Counted from the first letter of the stretch, positions 1 through 23,622 are shown. The stretch is 64,000 nucleotides of DNA from Amoebidium appalachense (GCA_963693365.1 CAVNZM010000006.1:1116001-1180000); one strand, 5' to 3'. Program-made: numbers and translations. Notes: generated by a model from the sequence alone, not told the origin.

Positions 1-310
<310 letters not shown>

Positions 311-576
311 ATGCCGTGTTGTAGTGTGAGTACTGACGGCCCCGGTTTACTTTTGCAACCGTTTATTTAGTGTTCAGGTTTTGAAAGGTTCTTGCAAGAA
401 GCGGAACAGCGAAATATCAGTCGGTGTTTCAGAATCCAGAGGGGTTCTGGCTGCCAGTGGATGTTACTTGTATTATGCATGTTGGTTGGGGGTGGGCCTT
501 TCCTATGAATAGCCGCTATAAGGAGGCACCAGGATGCACCACTGTTTTGCGTGTTCTTTTCTTTTTTTCTTTTTTC

Positions 577-607
<31 letters not shown>

Positions 608-653
608 TTTTGTTCCTCGGAGGAAGCTGGCCGGGGTTTGGGACAGGTGTTAG

Positions 654-746
654 GTGATCATGGCAACACTCCGATACCACACGACACTGTTTATGGTCAT
701 GTGATCATGGCAACACTCCGGTACCACACGACACTGTTTATGGTCA
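654..746. repeat. 47-bp tandem duplication (2 copies)
   Basis: gtgatcatggcaacactccg(a/g)taccacacgacactgtttatggtca at 654 and again at 701. Confidence 0.9.
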
Positions 747-2787
747 ATGACATGGCATCGATATCGAAGGTTTCTGTGTCCTTTTGGTTTCTTTGTTAAC
801 AAATTAAACATAGAAATACTGTGCAGGTACATTTCAATACATATGATCTAATTAGAGTGGGTGAAATGCACTGTTTTACTTTCCGTTGGGCATGCATATT
901 TACTAAATCATTGAGCTTTGCCGCAGTTACACTGCCATCTTCAGTTGTCACCAACTTCAACTTTTTTCTGTTGTGCAACTTCTGAGCATGTCCAAACGGT
1001 GTGTGCCGCTGAGCGCCTATGTCACGACATGACGATGTAGTATGCATAGCTAATATCGAAAGATAAAAGAGACATCTGCCAGCTTCAGGTTGGCTGCAGC
1101 TGTCAACCTGCGTCATACAAAACAAACAAAACAAACTGTTTACTGACTATTCCACAGATCAGGATCTTCCTTTGCCATCGGCTTGTGTTACAATTGGTCT
1201 CCATTCAGTCGTGTTGTGCACTGAAGCCCCGCGTGATGGCGGCACATGGTTTTTCCTTCACTACCAATACTAGGCCTATTAGGTGACCAGCTGTAGCTGA
1301 GTGCCGCGGCTGCGGCATCATGCGGCGTAGCTAAACTACAGCCTGTGACAGCTGAGATCTAGAAACTGGACTATTACTTGGTCTCAACCTGCTGGCATGG
1401 TGACCAGCATGCAGCTCTTTGCCTGAGGGCCACAACATAACTCACCGGATGAACAATTTTGCCTAAGTAGATGGTGGCCATGGGTCCTCTTTTTCAAGAG
1501 TTCAAGAATTTCACACCCTGATTCACCCTAGTCTATAGACCGGCCTATATCTACATATCCAATAGGCGTGCATACCGGCACTTTTCCGATCTTGTTTGGA
1601 TGCAGAGTACACCAATCAAAAATCGTATATATCAACGAAACTTTACGAAAGCTATTTGACAGGTGCGAAGGTACGGATTGATTGGCTATCGAACCCAAAT
1701 TTGATAGCTCAAGTCTCACTAAACCTGCCAGTCCCGCCAAGTGACGCAGCCTATGCAGTGTGCACGGTCTACTGACCGCGTAAACCAACTAGATGGATTG
1801 TTGGTTTTTTTTTGAGTGATTTAGTAAATCTATACATGAGCTGCATGTACTACCCAGGTAGTCTACTCTACCTTCTACGGTGCTGATTGGTCATCGATCA
1901 GTGATCGGTGATACACTCAAACCCCTTCGGAAGCTAGAACTTTTTCTTTTAAAGTTATTTTTTTATTCAATTGGCAACTTCGTACGGCATTGTCAATAAG
2001 CGATGGTGACATATGATGTAAAATACGGTTTTTTATTCCCAGCTCCTGAATCCCAAACAAATACAATACCTGACCATTGTACTTGTTTTCAAATGAATTT
2101 CATGAATGAGAGTGAGCAAACAAATAATCATAATGCGATTGAAATTTTGCTGCGATTTGATTCGAACTTGGGGCTCAATGCACCCGAAATGAGTGAGGTG
2201 TGCTTCCCAGATTCACCATCATCATGACGTGACAACTCGGAGTCGGAGAGCTGAATCGGAGCAGCGCACAGCACAAACAGAACAGCACTTCGTATTAGAA
2301 ACTTTGCTTGCAAACATCGGAATGCGAAGGGTTCATTGCACGTAGAGGCGACGATATTGAATGATTTCTGCACAGATTTACAGGATTAGCTAGAAGGAGA
2401 GAAAAGGACGTGAAATTTTGGTCAGACGTTTCCATGCGGTGCTTGCATCCATGAAGGCCGGGGTTCAGGGCTCTCTTCACTGTATTTTAGTAACTTGCTC
2501 TCGCACACCACATTTCAAATTTTTTGGACCAACATGCACTTGGCCACGAAAACTTGACGAGGAGCTGAGAAGCTGACGTGAACATCCCATGTTTTACAGT
2601 GTATGGTTCCTTGGGCAAACCAAACAATTTGCTCTTCAGATGATCGTTCGTGTGTGCTGTTCCTCACTCCTTCCCGTAGTAGTAGATTTTCAAGGACTCT
2701 GACCCAGAGCCTTATCCACCAAACTTCCTTTCATCTTTTTAATTCCTATACACACCAGCATATAATCTTGCACATCGACACGCACTC

Positions 2788-12269
<9,482 letters not shown>

Positions 12270-12281
12270 ATCAAGGTACGA

Positions 12282-12387
<106 letters not shown>

Positions 12388-12670
12388 CCCCCAACCATCA
12401 CTATAACCAAAAAAGAAAAAAAGAAAGAGAGAGATAGAGAAAAAGAGGGAGAGAAAGAAAGAAAGAAAGAAAACAACACAGGCCCACATACCCATGTAGC
12501 AGCACGCACCTTGACACCCACGTGCGCAGGGTTAAGAATTTTATTGTGAACTATAAATTTCTGCTGTTTTCTCATTCAGTATGGTCTTTCCGGGACTGTG
12601 CCTTGCACTTTGTCTCGGAGGATCTAAGCCCTCCCTTCTTTCCTCCCTCTCTCTCTCTCTCTCTCTCTCA

Positions 12671-12747
<77 letters not shown>

Positions 12748-13630
12748 CCCCCCCCCCTCCTTTTACTTTTTTTTTTTTTTTTTTTTTCCCTTCTTTTTTG
12801 TCTTGGTGTGTGTGCGTGTGTGTGTGGGGGGGGGAGGGAGGGGGGGGGGGGGGGGGGATTTGCAAGATATCTGCACTTAACAAGAAAAAGAAAATTAGTT
12901 AGGCAGTTAACCCCCCACCAATGCACAGCTTTAATTGTCTGGCTGTTGCATCTTTTACCTAATCGAATCGACCAATCGAACACACTTGTTTACTTGCTTA
13001 AAAGTCCATCACCTCATTTCCTTGCTATTTCCCCAGGCTCTCCATTTAAAATCAACCCCTCGATGTGTGCGCCGTCTGCCGTCACCACACGGCTCTCCAC
13101 ACAACAACGCGTCCATGGAGAGAGAAAAAGTCACCTAATAAGCAGACAGCGGAGCGGGGCAACAACTGCAAATTTGCCTTTCCCTGCCGTTTTTTTCCCG
13201 GTAACCAACCCAGACTTACGATTAGTGTTTGCTTGTTGGCCATTGCTGCGTAGCGATTGGAGGCCCTCAGTCATCAAACGTGAAACTGGTGTTCGTGTAG
13301 ATAGGATTAAAGCGTAATTACTCCCCTTACTCCCGCGGCCAAATTTAGTTATTAGGCAGTCATCACTGCCCCCCTGCAATTCGAATAGTTTAAATCTGCT
13401 GAGGTTATTGTATGGCACACGTCGCCCATAATCGCGAGATTTTTGTGGCATGACGGTGGTGGAAGTACTTTTGTACGTTGAAAGCTATGTTAATAGATAG
13501 GTAGTTTTTGTGTTGGTTTCTGTCCGTGGATGAAAGTAGTAGATATAACGAGTGTGTAGTGTAATATGGACCCAAAAAGACATGTTCCAAGAAAGCACAT
13601 CTGCATTCCTCTTTTTAACTTGACCATTAA

Positions 13631-13722
<92 letters not shown>

Positions 13723-14286
13723 CACACAGCACACAAACACGCACACTTACATGCGTACATACACAACCAGGGGATTCATACGCATACAATATGATCCCCC
13801 CACCCCACCCAACACCATGATTTCGACGGCGTGTGCCCTTTGTACGTTTCTTGCTGTAAGTCCCTGTGTTTGTTTAGCTCCAGCCAAGCAGTGTGGCAAG
13901 GATATGGCATACAGTAGTTCATATCTGAGTCAACGGTTTGTCTGTGTATACTGCAGCCAGCTTTGTATATATATCCACTACAAGTTGCTTACTACTGCAA
14001 ACACTGATGAAAGCAGGCAGACATGCCTGTCATGATCCCTTTCCTGTACAAATGCAGGATTTGGCGTCGCGTTCGCGCCCTTGTGGTGCACATGCATAGA
14101 GTTGAAATAATCTCAACTTCTATATTGGTTCGTAACCAATGGAAGCAATAATAATTATTTGGCTACACAGATTGCCGTGGCAACCCACATTGCACAACTT
14201 TGAGCCTCCCCCTCCCCACCCTCCTAGGCTCCTTGCCGGACACCTATGTGCACGTGCACTTGATTTACTACGACCACAAAAGGGTC

Positions 14287-14327
<41 letters not shown>

Positions 14328-14423
14328 CTCCCCCAACCCACCCACCCGCGCGAGCAAAAAGGAAGAATATTAAAAGAAAAAAAGAGGGGGGGAAGGAGAC
14401 AGTGAGGCCGGGGATTCGGGTAG

Positions 14424-14468
<45 letters not shown>

Positions 14469-14613
14469 AGAGAGAGCTCGAGGGGGGGGGGGGGGGGGGG
14501 GGGGGGGGGAGTAGTGTGTGTGTACATAAGGGAGGGACGGAGAAAGAAAGGGAGAGAGAAGGTGTGTGGGAGGATGGGAGGGTGGGAGGGAAGGAGCTGA
14601 ATGAGAAATGGCT

Positions 14614-14677
<64 letters not shown>

Positions 14678-15521
14678 AGATATAGAAGAAAGAAAATGAG
14701 GAAGAATATGGTAGGGAAAAAAAATGCACTTGGAAACTCTTCCAGTGATTTTGATGTACGTTAGTCAACCATTCACTAGTAAAGTTGCAAATAAATGTGT
14801 AGGCTGGGACTCTATGGTGGTGGTGGTAATGGTGGTGGTGGTGGTGGTGGTGGTGGTGGTGGTGGTGGTGGTGGTGGGGGGGGGGGGGGGGGGGGGGGGG
14901 GGGTGATGCGGCAGCGTACTGATGTTGCGCCGCCGTGGTGTTTATCAAGAGCAGGGACGTGTGTACACATGAGCATGTGCCGTCTTCAGTTGTGGACGGG
15001 CCGGCCGGATAAAAAACACATGTTGCTGCTCGAAGAAGACGCTGTTCTTTATAACGGAGGAAGGGGGAAGGTTTGGGAGATCTAGATCTTGCTATCGGCC
15101 AATGATTCAGGAGTTACTACTGTATACGTACGTACATCCAGGTGCATTGGGGGCTTTGGGGCTCTGTTCCTTTTAAGGTACATAGCTAATATTTTTCAAG
15201 GCTGACGAAACTGTTCCTCTGTGGCGCCTGATCGCCTGACGCGTGCCAAGTCACGCTCGAAAACTTGGAAAGTCGGCTGATCATGAGGGCAGGTGCACAG
15301 ATGCACCTGGCTGATTGGGGCTAGATCATATGTTGTGACCAAGCCGCACGGGGTCGCTTGCGTGGGGCCCTTGTGTCTAGAGTGTTCAAGGTGGGCCACC
15401 ACGAATGCCACGCGCGCCGCATTATGTAGGACTCCAGGAGCCTACAGTAGGCCTCACCACTGATATCATGATGGTTGGCTACTGCATTGCACTGCAAATT
15501 TTTTGTACATGTAGTGTGGGA

Positions 15522-15808
15522 TGCGCACTATGTAACTCATGTAAAGACAATAGTTCAATAGCAAACGGACGGATTTCAATAACACTCGTTTGTTTTGCAT
15601 GAGTGCATGTGTACACTTGTATGTGCCTGTGTTGTTTACGGTGCATGACGGCGGGATTTTCCCTTGCGCACTATGTAACTCATGTAAAGACAATAGTTCA
15701 ATAGCAAACGGACGGATTTCAATAACACTCGTTTGTTTTGCATGAGTGCATGTGTACACTTGTATGTGCCTGTGTTGTTTACGGTGCATGACGGCGGGAT
15801 TTTCCCTT
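15522..15808. repeat. 143-bp tandem duplication (2 apparently identical copies)
   Basis: tgcgcactatgtaactcatgtaaagac...gcgggattttccctt starts at 15522 and again at 15665. Confidence 0.9.
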
Positions 15809-16593
15809 GGCTCCATGTGACGGTGACATCTGTCTGAGAACTCGAGTCTCTGTCTCTCGGAGTCACTGTCACTCACTGAGACTCTGAGAGTCCAGGGCAC
15901 CAATCAAATGCGAGTTTGAGACATTTATGTTTGTACATTCCTAAAGCATTCCAGAAGGATGTTCACTGATCGAGAACTGTCCTGCAGGATGTTCCCCTTT
16001 ATAGTGCGGCTGGGACTGGATTTCCAAACAGACTTTCCATGTTTCAAATATTGTTTACTGTAGGTCTTTTCTAGTTGTCCTACATACCATGCTTGCAACT
16101 TCCTGATATAAGTGTTTCTCTCCGCAAACATACATTCTTGTTTGCTAAAGAGCTAGCCGGGCCGCCCTGGAAAGGAGTTGTGCAGGAGTATCGAAATTTG
16201 AGAAAACGTAGCCAACCATAGTCAACTACGAAAACAAAGCAGGTGGCCATTAAAATGCAATAGGAGGGTTTAAAAAAAGCATTAAAAGGAGTAGTTCAGA
16301 GAAGATAGGGGAGAGGGTGATCACTGAAGGAAGAAGGGAAAGGAAGAGGCCTATCGACATCCAGGAATGCATATTTGCATCACAATAAAATTTTATTCAT
16401 CCAATCAGAAGTGCTTTTGAGCTTCCGTCATCTGGAGCACGCGACCCTACGTAGGTTTAAAACTGCGTCTTGCTGCTGCAGCCAACGCAAAAAAAGAGAG
16501 CTCTATTGTAGGCTACCTGTGTTCGTATCCAGCGCGGGCTGTGTTGACCATTTTTAGGCCTCTGCATAGCACTGACAGTAACTATCAACAACA

Positions 16594-17820
16594 ATGTTTA
16601 GCACAGTGTTACCTCTCGCTTTGGCGCTTGCCAGTGCGGTTTCCGCTGCCACTCCCGCTTTCCCCCCTTCGAGCGAGCTCGTTTTCGACTCCTACTACAT
16701 GATTTTACCAAAGGCCACATACGCAGAATCGGGTCTCTACGAAGAAGGAATATACACGGACGTCAACGTGACCAATGTTTCTGCTGAGCTCTGCTCCGGC
16801 CTGTGCACCACCAACACGAACTGCCTTGCGTTTTGGGTGCTGGCTACAAAGAAGAACGAAACAGCTACCAGCTGTCGCATGTTCACAAAACTCGATGGCG
16901 TAGAGCTTGCTGATAACGTCGAGGGGAGTAAACGTCCAAATGGGCAGGACTTCTACATACACGTGCAGCGCAGTGTCGACTCTTGCACGGGGCCCGGCAC
17001 ATACTTCGGCGCCAGAGTAACCCGTGACCCTGACACTTCCATAGACCTCTGGTGCAGTACCTACATCACCGATGGAAAACGCTGCTACTATGAGTCTGAT
17101 GCATCCCCCGGGGGAAAAAACTCGGACATTGACTTCACAAACAACAACAGCGGGTGTGACCCCTCCCTCGCCTGCTCGAGCGAAGACAACACGTGCCGTG
17201 ACCCCCTCATCACCGGATTCAAGCGGGCGGCCCAGGCACGCAAGCCCAAGGGTGGTGTCTTCACCACCATCACCCTCACCCAAAACATCACAGACGGTGC
17301 CTGCTCGCAGGAGTGCCGTGCAGATGAACAATGCATTGTGTTCATTCGCCGGTCCAGCACATGCACCCTGTATACCTCATTGCAGAACTTCACAATGGCC
17401 ACGGCAAAGACATTTGACGCGACCGGTGCGGCTGGGCTCTTTGTTGATCCCACACGTGCAAATTCCAGCTGCGCGGACAATGAGTTTTTCGGCGTGGTGG
17501 GGGATAAGTTCTACCACGACCAGAGTGATGACTGGAGCAACTACAGCATTCTGGCCAACGTGAGCTGGGCTGGATGTGGTGCGAGGCAGACCACTGAGGG
17601 GGGGCTGTGCCCCATCCAGGAGGGCTCATATTCTTTCCTCCGTGACTGGTCATTTACTTCGGCCGGGTGTGGTGCTGGGCTGGTATGCAACAGCAACACA
17701 AGCTTTACTTCGTGTGCCGGCCAGTGTGTGCAGCCAGACTCCAAGTTGAATCAGGGGTGGCCCAAGCCGTGCCTGGACAAAAACGGGAAAGTTATCGAGC
17801 ATGCCTACGATGACGAGTAG
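16594..17820 (+). CDS. Intronless secreted cysteine-rich glycoprotein with two PAN/Apple-like modules, 408 aa
   Basis: Signal peptide MFSTVLPLALALASAVSA. PAN-type C-x3-C-x5-C motifs SAELCSGLCTTNTNCLAF...CRMF and TDGACSQECRADEQCIVF...CTLY, each followed by a related Cys module. Many NxS/T sequons, acaacaATG start context, AATAAA at 17954. Free of simple repeats, unlike its flanks. Confidence 0.85.
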   Translation: MFSTVLPLALALASAVSAATPAFPPSSELVFDSYYMILPKATYAESGLYEEGIYTDVNVTNVSAELCSGLCTTNTNCLAFWVLATKKNETATSCRMFTKLDGVELADNVEGSKRPNGQDFYIHVQRSVDSCTGPGTYFGARVTRDPDTSIDLWCSTYITDGKRCYYESDASPGGKNSDIDFTNNNSGCDPSLACSSEDNTCRDPLITGFKRAAQARKPKGGVFTTITLTQNITDGACSQECRADEQCIVFIRRSSTCTLYTSLQNFTMATAKTFDATGAAGLFVDPTRANSSCADNEFFGVVGDKFYHDQSDDWSNYSILANVSWAGCGARQTTEGGLCPIQEGSYSFLRDWSFTSAGCGAGLVCNSNTSFTSCAGQCVQPDSKLNQGWPKPCLDKNGKVIEHAYDDE

Positions 17821-17984
17821 ATGTGTACAGTAAGCAGTAGCAGTCACTGCACGGTGGCTGCATATGTAATATACCGAGTATGATAAGCGTGATGTACATT
17901 GACCATTTTGCTTGTGTATATTTGCGCACGTTGATCATGAGGCGTGCACCAGTAATAAAGACACAATTCGGAAGCCGCTCAGAG

Positions 17985-18250
17985 ACAGAGCACAGAACAA
18001 TTCTGCTTTACTAACGGTTCAGAAGAATGATTCTGCTTCTCATGAGAACAATTCTGTACAGCAAGATTAATCTAATTATGAAATATGTTATCAGCAAAAT
18101 TTACTCTGCTAAAACAAAGCTTTTCTTGCTGTCATCAGGAGATGAATTCTGCTTTTGCTGGATATGGAGCTCTGCTAAGAGTCTGAGAATTGCTCTGCTT
18201 TCCTATAAGAGAACATTTTGGTTTGTGCAGTCTAAAAACATTTCTGCTCG
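17985..18250. repeat. Cluster of a short degenerate motif (AGAA..ATTCTGCT)
   Basis: TCTGCT at 18002, 18032, 18105, 18148, 18171, 18194 and 18243, mostly preceded by AGAA/AAAA..TT. Confidence 0.65.
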
Positions 18251-18410
18251 GAGCCAGCTCACTTTCCTGCAGACGCGGTTGGGCCCTTGGCTCTTGGCGG
18301 TACACAGGGGTCACTCAACTTTAAGATTACAGGTAAGTTCAGTTTAAGGTCTAAAATCTTCAGGTTTCTCGGTAGTAGGGTTCATTATCTTATTCTCTCT
18401 CTCTCTCTCT

Positions 18411-18441
<31 letters not shown>

Positions 18442-18534
18442 TCTCTCTGTCCTGTGTGTCCCTTTTTTGGGCTGCAGGAGGTGCCCTTTTTTGTTTGCCT
18501 CTTTTTTTCTTTTCTCCGGCTTCTTTTTTTTTTT

Positions 18535-18585
<51 letters not shown>

Positions 18586-18860
18586 GGGGGGGGGGGGGAG
18601 AAGTGGACACACAAAACACACACACCGTGCACCGTGACACTGACACATCCACACACATTGTGATACACTCAAATACACGACACAGCCCATCGAACACAAA
18701 ATTCACACATACACACATTTTTGCACAGATATGGAAGGTTTCGTAGGGGAGTATAATCAAATAAGTCACGGGTCCGGGCACCGTGGGCCTATTCACCGGC
18801 GGCACTGCCCGTAAACTGTTACACTCTTCTCTTAGCTGGTGGCTAAACACACACAAACGC

Positions 18861-18962
<102 letters not shown>

Positions 18963-19792
18963 GTTTGAATTTTTTCCACTATTGATTGGTAACGAAGCAA
19001 AAGCTCCACAGAATTTTAAGCTAATCAGAAAAGAAATATGATCTCAGACGTGACTGCGATCAAATTTGTTTATTAACGGCAATTTTGCACATCCTAGTAG
19101 CGAAGCCACAGCCCCCCCTCCGGATCCATCTCCCCCTCTCCCTTCCCCCCCCCCTCCCCAACCCATCTCCCTTATCTGATTTTTCAAGGGCCCCCAGACC
19201 GGTAGCCCCGAGAATCTTATTCTTTTCAAAAAATCTAGCACTAAATACCTTATACTATGAAATATCTTAAACCTGAATGACTGTCTGTGGTGCCGCATTT
19301 GCACTTGTTGCTAGTACGATGTGTGTTTATACTTTGGGCAGATCGGATTGTGCGGGTGAAAAGTTTGCGCTATGTCTTGTCCTTTTACAGGTGGCCAACG
19401 GTCTCAGGCAGCTGCCTCAGGCTGATACACTTTACAAAGTCTCTCTCTCCGGCTCTCTCTCTCTATTTTTTCGCACAAGCAAGTCCGTTTTTAAGCCGGA
19501 GGTGTCAGCGGCTGCACGCACACTAAATAATATGTGTGCACGCCTCAATTGATTAATTGCAGCCAGTGTGCTCAGAAATAGCTTGCAATACTTTTGCTTT
19601 GCACGTGTCTCCCCCCCCCCCCCTCCCCCCTCCGCCCCCCTCTCCCCTCCCCCCTCTCCCCCCCCCCCCCCCCCCCCTCCACCACCACCACCACCCTTCA
19701 ACCCTTCGATCCCCCCTCCCCCCCCCCCTCCCCCCCCCCCCCCCCCCCCCCCCCCCCGCACCACCACCACCCTTCAAACCCCCCCCTCCCCC

Positions 19793-19867
<75 letters not shown>

Positions 19868-20300
19868 CCCCCTCCCACCTCCCCTCAACGACAGCCAGGC
19901 AGCATCCCCGGCACACTGCAACAACTCACACGAACATGTACATCAACACGGCACAGGCGGCACGCACCGTGACCAGCTTGGGCCCGGGGCCAGGAAGGAA
20001 GCAAGACCATCATGATCATGCGTATTTGCGTAAATGCGAGACCAAAAGTAAGGGAAGCCAAAGCCAACTGTGGCCCGTGCCCTTGGGCCCCTTATAAATA
20101 CCCGTGGGGGGTTTACGCTGTTTACTCGAGGCAAAGAGAACCAGTCTCAGGTATGGGGGGGGGTTTTGCTCGGAATATCCCCTCAGCGGTATATCATGAT
20201 CACGTACATAGATGTCGGGTGGTGACTATATATCAGGGTTTACTTTCTCTACGAGACACCATAAAGACTACAAGGAGAAATCAATTAGTTGGGGTTCCCC

Positions 20301-20342
<42 letters not shown>

Positions 20343-20425
20343 GGGCTCCCCTCGGGACACTCGGTATCAGCTGGTTGTGTGTGTGTGTGTGTGTGTGTGT
20401 GTTTGTGTGTGTGTGTGCGCGTGCG

Positions 20426-23400
20426 CTATAATTTTGTAGTGATGTGTTTCTCAAGCCAATCAATACATCTAATAAACAGGTCGTAGTTACACGTGTTTAG
20501 TATAAAATCAAGGATGTTGTAATTTACAGGTAGGCTATCTTTCTGGGTGTCTGTTGTGAATGTGACGTGTGTGTGTTGCGGTATTATGTGGTCTATCAAA
20601 CTACATTTGGCGATACATGACCGGTTAAACTGGTGTGTGTGTGTGTTGTTTGGGCATGCAAATGATGCTACCTTATACTTATTAGATCTCCACTGTATAG
20701 CACGTGTACAGTAAAAGCGTGGTAATTGATCAATAATACCATCAACTAGAGAAAGACCAGTTCTACAGGAAGGTAATATGTATTTAGGTGTTATACATTT
20801 GCGAGTGCCATATTTGGCAATATGGTTGAGGCGGTCAGTATATATAAAACGAGACATAAGGCTTAGTTTTTCAAGGTGTATGCTTTCATCGGGTCTAGTG
20901 TCGTGTGGTATCTTTTTCCATTTGTTATATTGTGTGATTATCTTGTGATTGTGTACATGTTTAATAAGTAAGTGGCAGTCCAAAGTCACACACACACTAT
21001 TGCGGGGTTTATTTGTATTTGTGCCCAGGGGAGAAGGGGAGAGAGAGGGGAGGAAAGAGGGGAGAGGTGAGGAGGGGACAGGTCGGATAGAGAAGAGAGG
21101 GTGGGAGGGCAAATACTTCTTTAAGCGGCTTATGTGCTTATTGAATTTCAGCGCGAGATAGGATACTCTAGCAGCTATTGGGACCAGACCATATATCGAG
21201 AGCGTTACAGGCCCAGGTTTACAACAGTTGTTAGATAGAAAGGAGGCAACTTCTGCTTCAAGGAAATTTGCCAAGGGTTTAAGCGCTCTAGTTCTCTCTT
21301 TCTTGATCCAAGCGGCGAGAAGGGGTAAACCATATTCACATGCCGGGAAGACAAAAGTGCGAATAAATGTAAGTCTTGAATAGAAGGATGGAGGGGTGTG
21401 TCTTTAAAAATATTAGCCGAGAAGAAAGCTAACCGCTTACGAGCCAGCTCTACCCTCTTTTCGACCATATGGGAAAACATAACACCAACAGAATCAACCG
21501 GAACACCAAGATATTTGTATTCTGGAACTATAGGTACAGGTTTAGATGATAATGTAAATGTGTGTAAATTGTTAGCTATATCAGGTACAAGAACACCACA
21601 TTTGTCTATGTTAAGGATCATAAGGTTTGCCTTGCACCACTCTGACACTACATCGAACAATCTTTGCAGGCGTCTAGGGGTACGGGCAAGGAGGGACAGA
21701 TCATCAGCATAGAGAAGTGCAGGCGGAAAGTTATTAATAGGGTCATCGTTTTCGGCGTAAATCTTGACAGCCAAATCATCTACAAATAGGTTAAACAAAA
21801 AGGGGCTAAGCAATGAACCCTGCAAGAGACCTCTAGTACGAGCAAAACCATGTGAAAGATGCCCATTAACCACAGCTCTACCATAGGTTTGAGAAAAGAG
21901 TGCTTCTAACAGAACACCAATGCAGTGTGGTACACCCCGTGCAGCAAGCTTTTCCCATAGGAGACCAGGGGAGACAGAATCGTAAGCAGTTTTCCAATCA
22001 ATAAAGCCAACATATTGTGCACCAACTTGCATAGAATCGTGCAGTGCCATTATTTGAACATAACATGAATTGTTTTTACGAAAAGCGGATTGGCATGGGT
22101 GTATGTGAAGAATAGATTGAAACCTAGGGCGATGTGCAAATAACCTAAGTAAGCAAGCTTCAAAGAATCTACGAGCAACCTGGGTTAGTGTAATGGGGCG
22201 AAAGGATGATATGGGGCCCTCAGAGTCCTTCTGAACTATGGGGATCACTAAGGTATCTAACCAAGATGACGGGACATGTCCACATTTAACACACCAAGAA
22301 AAGAGAGAGCTTAACATGATAGTAAGATCAGGTTTAATAGCACGATCACTTTCCTTTTGTGGGTAGGAGGGAACAAGGATTTTAAGAAACCCAGCAGGGA
22401 GTCCATCAGGTCCACAAGACTTACTAGAGCTATAACTAGATATCACAGACCATATGGCATCGGGACTGAAAAAGGGGAGGATCGATTCTATGGGGATAGA
22501 TGGGTCTACAGGCCACACAATAGGTTTCTGAGCGGGGGTCCTATCTTTAAACAGTTCCGAGAAATACTTATCAGAGTCTATGAGGGGGTCTCCAGTGGTA
22601 TCACCAATAATACGAGCAGGGGGGCCAAATCGATTCATACTAGCAAGCCGGCGCAAGCTTTCCTTTTGAGACAGGGGTTCACCTAGTCTAGCGGGAGTGG
22701 TGTTTGGTAACAAGAGAGCATCGGGATATTCCTTCCTACCACCGCCAGCATAATCACCGAGATCTATCAAATCATCAACAATAAAGTTAGTGCATGTATC
22801 TAGTACGAGATGTGAATCTGGCCTGGCTTGTGCAGATTCTAATAGGCGCATATATATAGGGTGTTTCGTAGCATAGCATACGCATACATCAACTCTACCC
22901 CACTGTGACTTAAGCTGGGATAGACGGAGGCGAAAGGTGGGAGGAGGAGGGGGGAGCAGATCAAGGGAGATCTTAGGTAGGAAAAGGATAGGAGAGTGGT
23001 CAGATGACCTAGAGAGGTTAGGAGGGAGAGAGAGTTTTGACATGGTTGATGGCCAAAAGGCCACTCCCCAGTCGGTGTTGTGGGCATGGGATATTTGAGG
23101 GAACCGCAAAGTGTGACTTTGGACATACCTTGCTAAAGGGATAGCACGCTCCGGGGGCTTAGATGGGTACCCGACACTCACTTGCAGTGTGTCTGTGTGG
23201 TGGAGTCGCGTGTTAAAATCACCTAAAATAACAGTGGACATTGGTAACTGTGACAACTCGTGAATCAATTCGACAACCGACATAGATGGTGGGTAATATA
23301 CAAAAGTAAAAACATTAGAAAGAAACTCTATAGAAACCGAGAATTCCGTTTTTGCTACCGGTTTGCACTTCACTCTCACGTGTGGTGCGGCAAGTACAAT

Positions 23401-23622
23401 AATGCCTCGGTTTTTCGCGTAACCGGGGTGTGTGGATGTGTCGACCAATGTAGAGTTGAATTTGTGGTGGTTTTTAAACTGTGTTTCGCAAATCACTGTA
23501 AACGTGTGGTTGTTTGTCTGTTGTTGTATGTAGCTGATTTTATCGTCGAGTGTCCCGGGGGGGAGGCCCTTTTGGGGGCCCAGTGTCCGAGCATTCCAGA
23601 AGAAGAAGGATAAATTAGGCAT
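20426..23622 (-). pseudogene. LINE family A ORF2: apurinic endonuclease + reverse transcriptase, ~1064 aa after repairing one 2-nt insertion at ~21377
   Basis: APE motifs FFFWNARTL, ICETQ, ILGDFNTR, SDHSPI. RT motifs KSCGPDGLP, FRPITLT, QSAFRK, FIDWKTAYDSV, GLLQGSLLSPFLFNLFVDDL, LYADD, YKYLGV. The sibling copy lacks 2 nt here and reads SIRLTFIRTFVFPACEYGLPLL, in frame with the 21274-20426 ORF. Confidence 0.9.

Noticed and set aside
1528-1793. Helitron or MITE ending in a CGGTCTACTGACCG hairpin plus CTAG
   Set aside because: No matching A|TC 5' end or T after CTAG, only partial inverted similarity, and no second copy in the window.
20302-20338. T-run as the poly(A) tail of LINE A
   Set aside because: Both copies share about 195 further nt and the TSD lies beyond them, so the run is internal to the 3' UTR.
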